From the IMG/VR virus record IMGVR_UViG_3300022752_000001, positions 1 through 64,000 of that record: a DNA stretch of 64,000 nt. One strand, given 5' to 3'. Both the position numbers and the translations under genes were made by a program. Shown piece by piece: positions 11,230-19,047 of this stretch. How positions within the stretch are numbered: position 1 is the stretch's first letter; every line of letters begins with the position of its first letter. The stretch comes from a virus. The notes beneath the pieces are model-generated. The model did no database searches, had not been told where the DNA came from, and saw only the letters and a list, made by a program, of their open reading frames with translations.

Positions 11230-11649
11230 TCAACCTTTGGACCTCAATACATCCCAGTTATCTCGCCAGGCTGAGTTGGTAGCTAAATAAATAGACTTTG
11301 TCTTGGGCAGCTTGTTTCGGGGCATGACAAAGACAGCGTCCAAAGGAATATGATAAAAAATGAAAATGTCGCAGTCAGTTTTGTTGTAGATCACCTTTTT
11401 CTTGCATGTTTTAAGAAGGGCTCCGTACCCGTAGCCAGGACCTTTTACAGCCAGAAACTTAAGCTTATTTCGCACCTTGGTATCAGAAGCCCCAGAAGTG
11501 GTTTTAACCTGGACTCTTCTGAGCTTGCCTCTCCAGTCGGTTATCAAATCGTACCCCTCGTCGATTACGGGCGTGCAAACAAGAAACCCCTGCTCCAAGA
11601 GCTTTGCGGCCACTCTTTGAACGCCAATAGCCCCTATACGAAGGCTCAT
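11230..11649 (-). CDS. PD-(D/E)XK endonuclease, group I intron-associated (I-Ssp6803I-like) family
   Basis: P..DEGYDLITD.....RVQVKT catalytic motif and YNKTDCDIFIFY. Confidence 0.7.
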   Translation of the reverse strand: MSLRIGAIGVQRVAAKLLEQGFLVCTPVIDEGYDLITDWRGKLRRVQVKTTSGASDTKVRNKLKFLAVKGPGYGYGALLKTCKKKVIYNKTDCDIFIFYHIPLDAVFVMPRNKLPKTKSIYLATNSAWRDNWDVLRSKG

Positions 11650-12173
11650 AGCCAAGACCTCCCCAGGACATTGATCGCAAGCCTGCGACGCCTATAAACC
11701 CCATCTCCGTCGCGGGAACCGCCACCGTTTGTGTTCCCTTCAATCGTTAAAAGCCATTCCCCGTCATTTTTCTCTACAAGCCCGGTATGCGCTACCCGAC
11801 CCATACTGTTAAACCATATCCCAAAGACGTCGGCTGGCTTAAGCGGTATGCCCTTTCTGGATCTATCCCAAATAGGATGGTACAACATTGTGGGCGACCA
11901 AGCCGTCCGGGGGTATGGGTTGAGGGGGCGGGTAAAAGTCTTGTCCCCTACCCAAACAACAAAAGCCGCGCACCAAGGCGCTCGAGTACCTTTTAAACCT
12001 ACCGAGTCTAGGATCTCGTCCACCACGGGCCCGTCGTTCTGTCCCGTAGCTTCTGTGATCCCAATGGCTTTTCTGGCCGTTTCGACAACCCGACTCCTCG
12101 CATCCGCATCACCCAAAGAAATATTGGGGTAGGCAAGAACAAGAGTAATCGCAAAAACATATCTTACCGGCAT
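11646..12173 (-). CDS. CHAP-type endolysin
   Basis: PWCAAFV, HTGLV, TIEGNT motifs; hydrophobic N-terminus. Confidence 0.85.
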   Translation of the reverse strand: MPVRYVFAITLVLAYPNISLGDADARSRVVETARKAIGITEATGQNDGPVVDEILDSVGLKGTRAPWCAAFVVWVGDKTFTRPLNPYPRTAWSPTMLYHPIWDRSRKGIPLKPADVFGIWFNSMGRVAHTGLVEKNDGEWLLTIEGNTNGGGSRDGDGVYRRRRLAINVLGRSWL

Positions 12174-12505
12174 GACAGGATGGCTGCCAGTAACAGGACG
12201 GAAAACATGACTGCAAAAACAAACAGCCTTGTCCTAGGTCCCGATTCCTTCCAGTCATCGCTGAGCGCACCTCGGTCGACGTATTGATCAAGTATCTTCC
12301 AATCCAACTGAAGCACCGTCCAAGCCATGAACGTGCAAAATAGAAATCGAACAGCACCAAATGCCAGGACGTGCAGAGAGCCGAGATCTACGGTTCCAGC
12401 CGTAGTGTCAAAGCCTTGGAGAATTGGCCCTAAAAAGAAAAAGATGATAGTGGCTACAGCAATAGCCAAAAGCCCCTGTATGTTTGAGAATAGCCAGCGT
12501 TTCAC
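12164..12505 (-). CDS. holin-like membrane protein
   Basis: three hydrophobic segments next to the endolysin. Confidence 0.5.
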   Translation of the reverse strand: MKRWLFSNIQGLLAIAVATIIFFFLGPILQGFDTTAGTVDLGSLHVLAFGAVRFLFCTFMAWTVLQLDWKILDQYVDRGALSDDWKESGPRTRLFVFAVMFSVLLLAAILSCR

Positions 12506-12885
12506 CAGGGAATTCCAATGAACTTACGAACTACCCAAAAGATGGGTCCACGTGCGGCAAAAAGAATTGCGGCAATCAAAGCCCCCCTCCACATCCATAA
12601 CTCACCTAGGGCTTTACGCTGTTTGGCTTTCCAGATCTCAGCGTCTTTAACAGCCTCGTTACGTTCTTTGACTGCTGCCTCAAGAGCTTCGGTATTTACA
12701 AAACAAGCCTGCTTTGCTGATTCTAATTGCTTTTTAGCCTCTTCAATATGAACTTTAGCTTCCGGGTTGGCTACAGCTGAGGCCGCATCCAGCCTAGCTT
12801 CGGCAGTCGCAAAGTTGGGCAAACGCTTGGGAGATACGGTAGAACAACCCGTAAAAAGCAACGCAACCACTAGTAGGGTCGGCAT
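12502..12885 (-). CDS. lipoprotein with C-terminal TM segment (spanin candidate)
   Basis: lipobox LFTGC, coiled coil, C-terminal hydrophobic helix, lysis cassette. Confidence 0.5.
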   Translation of the reverse strand: MPTLLVVALLFTGCSTVSPKRLPNFATAEARLDAASAVANPEAKVHIEEAKKQLESAKQACFVNTEALEAAVKERNEAVKDAEIWKAKQRKALGELWMWRGALIAAILFAARGPIFWVVRKFIGIPW

Positions 12886-12924
12886 ATGTACGAGTATCAA
12901 TTACTTCCTTAATTTTGTCAATAA

Positions 12925-13131
12925 TTAACGGCCGTTGAGCTTTTCCCAAAACCATTGCCCAAACATTGTAAACCCCAAGGTAAGTGTAGCGACAATCCCG
13001 TATCCCCTATTGATGTGTCCTTCAACCTTATGAATACGATTGTCGTGGCCGGTAAGTAAATCGATCGTGGAGTCGACTTTAGTCTCGATACGAGCCAAAC
13101 GCTCCCTGATCTCGGATTGGTCTTCGTTCAT
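12925..13131 (-). CDS. XhlA/holin-like small membrane protein
   Basis: ERLARIETKVD coiled coil plus C-terminal TM segment. Confidence 0.5.
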   Translation of the reverse strand: MNEDQSEIRERLARIETKVDSTIDLLTGHDNRIHKVEGHINRGYGIVATLTLGFTMFGQWFWEKLNGR

Positions 13132-13412
13132 TTGAGATTCGCAATAACTGGCCGTAGCCGGTCGCAAATTGCGTCCCCGTTTAGCCCGAGCAAATGCCAG
13201 AGCTCATTCTTTTTGTTGAAGAACCAGGCAAAGTGCTGCTTGGTCATCAAATCCTCTGGGTACGCAGATCGGGTGCCGTATTTCTGAGCGTATTTCAAAT
13301 CCCAAACGGCCTGCTCAACGATAGCCAGGCCGAGGTCTTTGATTAAATGCTCAGGACATCCCGGTCTCGATTGAGTCGACGAAGTCGCCTTCTTGGGCTT
13401 GCGGGGTTTCAT
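13128..13412 (-). CDS. hypothetical phage protein (start uncertain)
   Basis: LAIVEQAVWDL...WFF motif; nearest in-frame ATG overlaps the upstream gene. Confidence 0.4.
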   Translation of the reverse strand: MKPRKPKKATSSTQSRPGCPEHLIKDLGLAIVEQAVWDLKYAQKYGTRSAYPEDLMTKQHFAWFFNKKNELWHLLGLNGDAICDRLRPVIANLK

Positions 13413-13596
13413 TCGAGGCCATTTCGTCCTTGGGAGCAGCTTCTTCTTTTTTCTCGCCGACGGGATTACCCTCGACTGAGGAAAGGCAAAACATATCGCC
13501 TTTGATGTAGCCCTCTGCCATGAACTCAAACGTCTCACCTTCTTTAACTCCATCGGGGAGTGTAAAACCTTGCGGAATCGGAAATTCTACTTTCAT
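13351..13596 (-). CDS. small acidic protein, paralogue of 13593-13934
   Basis: FPIPQGF..P.GVK.GETFEFMAEG..EG.PV aligns with the neighbour. Confidence 0.6.
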   Translation of the reverse strand: MKVEFPIPQGFTLPDGVKEGETFEFMAEGYIKGDMFCLSSVEGNPVGEKKEEAAPKDEMASNETPQAQEGDFVDSIETGMS

Positions 13597-13934
13597 AGTT
13601 CAAAACCTTTCTCAACGGAATCTACGAACGCCATGCGTTCTCTTTCCTTGTCCTCTTCGCTCTCAACTCCTGGATTAGGAACTGGAAGACCTTCCAATTT
13701 GGTTACAACGAGCTCTTCCCCATCGATGATACCTGAAGCTACAAAATCAAACTCAGCTCTAGGTTTGACTGGAGTAGGTGCTGAAAACCCAACAGGAAGT
13801 GGAATACGTATTCCGGAAACCTTATCTGTGCTCTTAGGTTCACCAGCAGCTTTGGCAGTCTTAGAGTCTTCAGCCTTTGCTTTAGCCTCAACCTTGCCCT
13901 TGCCAGAAGGGAGAACCAGGAGGATAGATTCCAT
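13593..13934 (-). CDS. small protein, paralogue of 13351-13596
   Basis: IPLPVGF..P..VK..AEFDFVASG..EG.PV. Confidence 0.6.
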   Translation of the reverse strand: MESILLVLPSGKGKVEAKAKAEDSKTAKAAGEPKSTDKVSGIRIPLPVGFSAPTPVKPRAEFDFVASGIIDGEELVVTKLEGLPVPNPGVESEEDKERERMAFVDSVEKGFEL

Positions 13935-13939
13935 TTTAT

Positions 13940-13978
13940 AAAAAGTGACTGCCCCAGGGGGATTGAACCCCTGGGGCA
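13940..13978 (-). terminator. intrinsic terminator after the capsid gene
   Basis: 11-bp GC-rich stem TGCCCCAGGGG/CCCCTGGGGCA with a downstream T-run on the minus strand. Confidence 0.7.
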
Positions 13979-13992
13979 ATCGTTCGAATCAA

Positions 13993-15492
13993 TTAGGCTA
14001 CGAAGTCGAGGACAGCCTCGCCGCGTTTGTGACGGATCACATAGCCCCATTCCGGACGAACCGGCTTGGAACCGTTTGCGAACGTCGCGCGGAAGAAGCC
14101 CACCGAGCCGTCGGGGTTGGAATCCCGATCGGGGATGTTCTTCCACTTGAAGTCACCACGATAACCCTGAGCGTCAAAGCCCATCTGTCCCATCGAGCCG
14201 AGAGGCTTCGGAACAACGGAGTGATACACTTCGTTGATCAAGATGATGGAGTCTTCGTAAGCAGCCGACAGGTAGTTCGTGTTGATGTCATATTTGTTGC
14301 CCTTGGTGGCCGAGGTGCGAACAAACGGGAACACGCGCTTCCAAGCAAAGATCTTATCATTGCTCGCTGCGCTAGCCACGGCGGCGGTCAAAACGATGGT
14401 CGTCGCAGTCACGGAAGAAACCGTGCTGGCAGCCGACCTAACCGTCGTACCGTCGTTGGCAGTAACAACAACCACGTCACCGGCTTCAACACCGTGTCCG
14501 GAGGCAACCGTGTAGGTAGCCGAGGCCACAGCGCTGGCAGTCAAGGCGATACGGTTATAGCGAGGAGGATACGGATCAATGATGTGGTAGAAGCCACCGT
14601 AGGACCGTTCCACGCCGAGAGGAGCAAGCAGCTCATTCGGCTTGGTGGAGTAACGGAAGTCACTACGAATGTCGTTGTTGAGCTTGATGATGTCGTCGCT
14701 GGTCTCAGCGCTGGTGATCAAGTTGAACACAGGCGCACCGTTTTCCTTGCCTTGAGCGGCCACACCGGCGCCGTCACGCAGCAACCGCATATAGATCCGA
14801 CGCAGGATTCCCTGGGTCAGTTTGCTGGTCGCGTCAACCACGGGGCTGAAGGAGGATGCGTCACCGGAAACCGTCGCGAAATCCAAAGTGGAACTCGTAG
14901 AAACGGTCGTCGGGGTCACCTTGTTCTGAGCCAACCGGACGTATTCGTCCTGGTAGCGAGTCGTCCAGACCAAAGCGGTTTGCTCGGTCAGGATGTTCAT
15001 GATCTGGGTCAGCTGCTCTTTCCGGCGCACGGGGTAGCGCAAATCTTCGAGCGAAATGTTCGGAGACTCGAGCGCAACACGACGGAGGTCGTAGGTGCGG
15101 AGGGTTTGAGCAAACTCAACGTTAGCGAACTTGGGCAGGCTAATGTTGTTGTTGGCGTCCGTCGAAGCAGTGGCCGAGCCGGCCGGGCTTTGCGTATACG
15201 CATTGAAGCTGGTGTAGGTCTGATCGGTGGGGTTGGACCCGAGGATCGCCGAGGAGCCCTGCCAGACCGACTGAAGATCGAAATCATTCTGCCGTCCGTT
15301 ACGGGCCGCCTGGGGGATAGAACGCTCGTAGGTCAGCACGCTGACCCGATCGCCCATCTCTTCGGGGAAGGTATCTTGTTTAATTAGTTTGAGCCAAACG
15401 TTGTTATCGACCGTTTTGCGGTAGATCTCGGGCCCAATTCGTCCAGCTTCCTTAACCAGGAGCTGCTGAATATTATCATACACAGTAGACAT
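13993..15492 (-). CDS. major capsid protein
   Basis: strong AAAGGAG RBS, biased codon use, terminator, position downstream of portal and scaffold, GDFKWKNI..NPDG..GFFRATF C-terminus. Confidence 0.75.
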   Translation of the reverse strand: MSTVYDNIQQLLVKEAGRIGPEIYRKTVDNNVWLKLIKQDTFPEEMGDRVSVLTYERSIPQAARNGRQNDFDLQSVWQGSSAILGSNPTDQTYTSFNAYTQSPAGSATASTDANNNISLPKFANVEFAQTLRTYDLRRVALESPNISLEDLRYPVRRKEQLTQIMNILTEQTALVWTTRYQDEYVRLAQNKVTPTTVSTSSTLDFATVSGDASSFSPVVDATSKLTQGILRRIYMRLLRDGAGVAAQGKENGAPVFNLITSAETSDDIIKLNNDIRSDFRYSTKPNELLAPLGVERSYGGFYHIIDPYPPRYNRIALTASAVASATYTVASGHGVEAGDVVVVTANDGTTVRSAASTVSSVTATTIVLTAAVASAASNDKIFAWKRVFPFVRTSATKGNKYDINTNYLSAAYEDSIILINEVYHSVVPKPLGSMGQMGFDAQGYRGDFKWKNIPDRDSNPDGSVGFFRATFANGSKPVRPEWGYVIRHKRGEAVLDFVA

Positions 15493-15616
15493 ATTAGGTA
15501 TTCTCCTTTCAGAGAAATAAGAGTTTTAAAAACAAGAGGAGAAACCAACACGGTTTCCCGTAGTTTTCAAAGTTGGATCTCCCGGCGGCATCCCGAGACT
15601 TTTATTGCCCGCGTGA

Positions 15617-15669
15617 CCACTTCCATTTTTATAGGTCGTGCCCTCAAAACCCGCTTCCGTTTTTATAGG
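15617..15669 (-). repeat. 19-bp imperfect direct repeat in the capsid leader
   Basis: CCTATAAAAAYGGAAGYGG at 15651-15669 and 15617-15635. Confidence 0.8.
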
Positions 15670-15696
15670 ATCTCTAAGGCAGATGAGAGTATGCGT

Positions 15697-15718
15697 TACT
15701 GTCTTTTGTTTGTCAATA
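15697..15718 (-). promoter_or_regulatory. capsid promoter -35 embedded in a palindromic operator
   Basis: minus strand TATTGAC-aaacaaaa-GACAGTA; TTGACA-17-CATACT. Confidence 0.65.
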
Positions 15719-15975
15719 CCTAATTTATGCGTTGACCCGCTCCCTAACAAGAACGCATTTATACCAACCCGTCACCGGGTGGATTGGACTATATCTTGGC
15801 GTCGTTAGACGCCCCGCTTGTTCGTGCTGGTTATTAAGGCTTCCTAAGCCTCCAGTAGTCTCTACACCTTACATGCAAGCGTGCATGTCTTGGCTCGGTA
15901 TTGTCTTGGGGATCTCCCAAGAGTTCCACCGAATTAAAGCAGTATGGGCCTAATCTGAAAAAGAACTACTCAAAA
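15714..15975 (-). ncRNA. group I intron/ribozyme (IA-like, no internal ORF)
   Basis: P AAUUCGGUGGAA, Q AAUACCGAGC, R AAGGUGUAGAGACUA, S AAGAUAUAGUCC; complementary P3, P4, P5, P6, P7, P7.1, P8 and P9 (GUGA loop); splice sites inferred. Confidence 0.85.
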
Positions 15976-16502
15976 ATAGCATATCTACAACAAACACCAA
16001 TGCTATTTCCGTAAGAGATTACCCTACGTCTACCAGTATTTGGGGATCCTGGGACTCGGCTCAATACAAATTTGTCCCAAGAAACCCATACTTTAATGAG
16101 CTTATTGATTGGTAGACCTCCAGAATGGTAGGAGTTAAGAAAAGAGTATAAGTTTGGGGATACAGACTGCCAGAACGAATACCTAGGGTTGCTAGAGTCA
16201 GCATATGTCGGAGAACCATATAGAAAATTTTCTTTCCAACTATACTTATTGATGCTTGGGTAATACCGATATGTTGGTGTACTGCCCGAAGGCTTTACAA
16301 ATTCAAAACCAGTAGCTCCGCAATTTTCAATAAACGGACCAGAACCAACACCAGTGTAGAATGTACCAGTTCGCAGTTCAGAAGGAGCTTGCCTAAGATG
16401 AGATATGTTACCAGTTCTAAATGGAGTAGTGTCTCCATGAAATGTAGCAACCTCGTAAATCGTAGGAGCTTTACGGATCTGTAATGGGAGGATGGTGGGC
16501 AT
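15966..16502 (-). CDS. hypothetical virion-region protein (possible 5' exon of the intron)
   Basis: 178-aa ORF; the last codons form the predicted P1 helix. Confidence 0.6.
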   Translation of the reverse strand: MPTILPLQIRKAPTIYEVATFHGDTTPFRTGNISHLRQAPSELRTGTFYTGVGSGPFIENCGATGFEFVKPSGSTPTYRYYPSINKYSWKENFLYGSPTYADSSNPRYSFWQSVSPNLYSFLNSYHSGGLPINKLIKVWVSWDKFVLSRVPGSPNTGRRRVISYGNSIGVCCRYAIFE

Positions 16503-16503
16503 G

Positions 16504-17118
16504 TCAATATCTTAGAGCCACTGGAGAGTGATAATATATATTTGCAAGTGTTACGGAGTTAAGATTTGAGGGTAGTCCGGAAGTTTGCCCAATAACCCCA
16601 ACATGACCCATACTTGCGCCAGCAATTGCGGAATTGTTAAGTGAACCAAAGACTGGCTCGTTCTTTGCAAAATTGCTTCCGACAGTTCCGGCTCCAGTAG
16701 TTGCGATAAAAACAATCGAGGCAATGTACCAACCTTTTGAGTATGCAGAAGACATTGTCTGAGTTTTAGATGGGTTCATATAAGTCGATGTGTTATCGAC
16801 AATTGTTACTGAGTCCACTAGCGTCGAGTCGTAAAGGCTCGAGCCGACGCGATACATTCCCCACACTGCAGTAATTGAATTGCCGCTTTGCCCATAACCA
16901 TTAGCAGCGTAGAAGCCCTTCATTTCTAAAGAATTGGATGGAACGTCGTATTTTATGTAAAATGGAAACAGAGTCATTGTCCCAAGAATTGAAGAATAGG
17001 CTATGGAACCCCCTCCTCCATAGTAATCCCAACAACCATCTGGAGCCCAAGTTCGCTTATTACTTGCGTTGTACTCGGAAATTGGAAAAGGCGGACGAAC
17101 TGGTGCTTTTTGAAGCAT
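16504..17118 (-). CDS. hypothetical beta-rich virion protein
   Basis: ATG just after the upstream stop; S/T/G/Y-rich. Confidence 0.55.
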   Translation of the reverse strand: MLQKAPVRPPFPISEYNASNKRTWAPDGCWDYYGGGGSIAYSSILGTMTLFPFYIKYDVPSNSLEMKGFYAANGYGQSGNSITAVWGMYRVGSSLYDSTLVDSVTIVDNTSTYMNPSKTQTMSSAYSKGWYIASIVFIATTGAGTVGSNFAKNEPVFGSLNNSAIAGASMGHVGVIGQTSGLPSNLNSVTLANIYYHSPVALRY

Positions 17119-17123
17119 AGGTA

Positions 17124-19040
17124 TTAAACCACTTCGGTGACTCTGGCATTTCCAGCTGTAGCAAACACTGCCGTGTGAGCCAAAGAAGTTTGATTTGAAG
17201 GACATTCCCAGTAGTCGCCAGCGGACAGCCTAACCTGGTACGCGGTAGTTGTGCACGTTGCCCCAACTGAAACGTAAAGCGTGCCGGCTCCTTCGTTGAA
17301 CACAGTTAGAGTTTTTCTATTTGCACTCGCTGCAACCAAAGAAGTGGACGCAGTTGTACTAGTAAAAGTGCTCTGAGTTACAGTTGCACCTTGAGAATTA
17401 TTAATCGTTACCGTCCCGCTTACTGGTTGAGTGACCGAAGAACCATCAACTTTAACAGCTGTTGCATTCGCTCCCGTATTCGCAAGAGTTACTTGAAGCG
17501 GATTAGCAGATCCAACGGCAGTACCGCCTTGGTAAGTTTCAGCCTGAGTTTTAAGATTTGTTGCTGTTCCCTGAGAAACAATCGCACTAACCGTTGGTAA
17601 ATTAGAGACGTACCCAATATCGACTCGTCCGTTTACTCGAGTTATCCCACCGGGATTAGCTCCCCCAAGCGAATACGTCGTGGTTTTATAAGAAACAAAC
17701 TTATATTTCCAAGAACCGTATGCTGCTGGGGTAGTAATTCTAAAATATCTAAAAGTATTGTTTTGATTAACATAAGGGTTTGGTTGAGTACAAGATACGA
17801 TAAATCGACCATAATAGTTACTTCGCGTGCCTCCAAATAATTGACCGTAAACAGTACGATAACTATAGGCATCGGTTGAACTAGATGCGGGAATATCATA
17901 ATAAACCCATGTATACTGCCCAGAAGTCCAGCCCGTGTTGTCAGGAGATCCGTCAATATACAAACCACCGTTTATGCCGGCTCCTTCAATAGTAACCACA
18001 ACGTAATCGGCAGTTGTTCCTGCGTCAAAACTAGCTGTAGTCACCGCAGAGCCTGACAACGAAATAGCGCTAGCTGCGCCAACATTGACGACATAATCAC
18101 CAATTGGTTGAGTTTCTTTTGTGTTTAAAGCCGTTCCCGCTGAAGCTCCTTGAACAGTGATTACATCAGATGAGGGTGTCCCAGCAGTTCCAAGAGCTGG
18201 TTGTTTGGCTGCGGTCGAAGCGCCGGCTGGAAGTGGGAGTGAGGAAGCAGAAATTGGTTGAGTTACACCAGATCCATCGACTGGAATCCTACCGGAAACA
18301 AGAGCTGGAATCTTTGCGAGGAGGCTTGTCCAGTTTTGCATCCCACGTTTGATAAACGCAATTACTGAGAATGTTCCGGTATCTGTTGTAGCGGCGGAAT
18401 CGCTGGTTCCCCCAATGTTGGCGTCCGTCACCGTGCCAGAGATGGGGAGGGGATTGTTTGGATTTACTATTTTGTAATCGTTATCGTAATATCCCAACTG
18501 GACTCCATAAGGTGGTTCTGTCCCTCCGTCATCAGAGGCGATACCTCCTTGAGTATTAGTAAATGCATCTGAAGTTAAATTCGCCGTCACCGTACCAGAG
18601 ATTGGCAGAGAAACTCCTCCATTAATACCCTGGACGCTAACAACGTTTGTAGACGGAGTTCCAGCAGTACCGGTGGTAATATAAGTTACGTCCGCTCCAA
18701 CTGAATCAACGATCTTTGTTTTGGCGTTTCCGCTGGTCATATCGTTGATTGTCAACCCGGCGTTGGTGACGTTTACATTCTGGGTAGCTGGAAAAGTAAC
18801 GCTGATGTTCTCTAGGGCTGCTAAGCTTGTGGCGTCTAGCCCAACGATTCCGCTGACCGGAATCGGATTTCCTGTGCTGTTTGTGACCTCAACTTCGTTA
18901 CTGACTGTAACGGGACCCGTTATAGTGGTGGAGCCGGTCTTGGTATCAATGCTCTTCAAAAGACTATTAATCTTCTGAAGAGACCTATTTGGAGCGTCCC
19001 CTATTTTGGGGTCATCGCCTTCTGGGTAGAAAGCGGGCAT
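17124..19040 (-). CDS. head fibre/decoration-like protein
   Basis: 638 aa, repeated NPLPISGTVT/VDGSGVTQP motifs, ANRKTLTVFNEG C-terminus; between scaffold and capsid genes. Confidence 0.55.
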   Translation of the reverse strand: MPAFYPEGDDPKIGDAPNRSLQKINSLLKSIDTKTGSTTITGPVTVSNEVEVTNSTGNPIPVSGIVGLDATSLAALENISVTFPATQNVNVTNAGLTINDMTSGNAKTKIVDSVGADVTYITTGTAGTPSTNVVSVQGINGGVSLPISGTVTANLTSDAFTNTQGGIASDDGGTEPPYGVQLGYYDNDYKIVNPNNPLPISGTVTDANIGGTSDSAATTDTGTFSVIAFIKRGMQNWTSLLAKIPALVSGRIPVDGSGVTQPISASSLPLPAGASTAAKQPALGTAGTPSSDVITVQGASAGTALNTKETQPIGDYVVNVGAASAISLSGSAVTTASFDAGTTADYVVVTIEGAGINGGLYIDGSPDNTGWTSGQYTWVYYDIPASSSTDAYSYRTVYGQLFGGTRSNYYGRFIVSCTQPNPYVNQNNTFRYFRITTPAAYGSWKYKFVSYKTTTYSLGGANPGGITRVNGRVDIGYVSNLPTVSAIVSQGTATNLKTQAETYQGGTAVGSANPLQVTLANTGANATAVKVDGSSVTQPVSGTVTINNSQGATVTQSTFTSTTASTSLVAASANRKTLTVFNEGAGTLYVSVGATCTTTAYQVRLSAGDYWECPSNQTSLAHTAVFATAGNARVTEVV

Positions 19041-19047
19041 GAGTTAC

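Noticed and set aside
13945-15387. 480-aa plus-strand ORF (likewise 34651-35556 and 19249-20010)
   Set aside because: Antisense shadows of strongly codon-biased real genes, with no motifs
15617-15669. preQ1-I riboswitch (CUAUAAAAA tail) or mini CRISPR array
   Set aside because: No matching P1/pseudoknot pairing; only two 19-bp copies with a 15-bp spacer and no cas operon
15526-15953. Short ORFs 15526-15750 (-) and 15732-15953 (+)
   Set aside because: They overlap the ribozyme and promoter and lack an RBS or motifs; better explained as non-coding
15966-16502. ORF as an intron-encoded homing endonuclease
   Set aside because: No HNH, GIY-YIG, LAGLIDADG or PD-(D/E)XK motif; composition resembles neighbouring virion proteins
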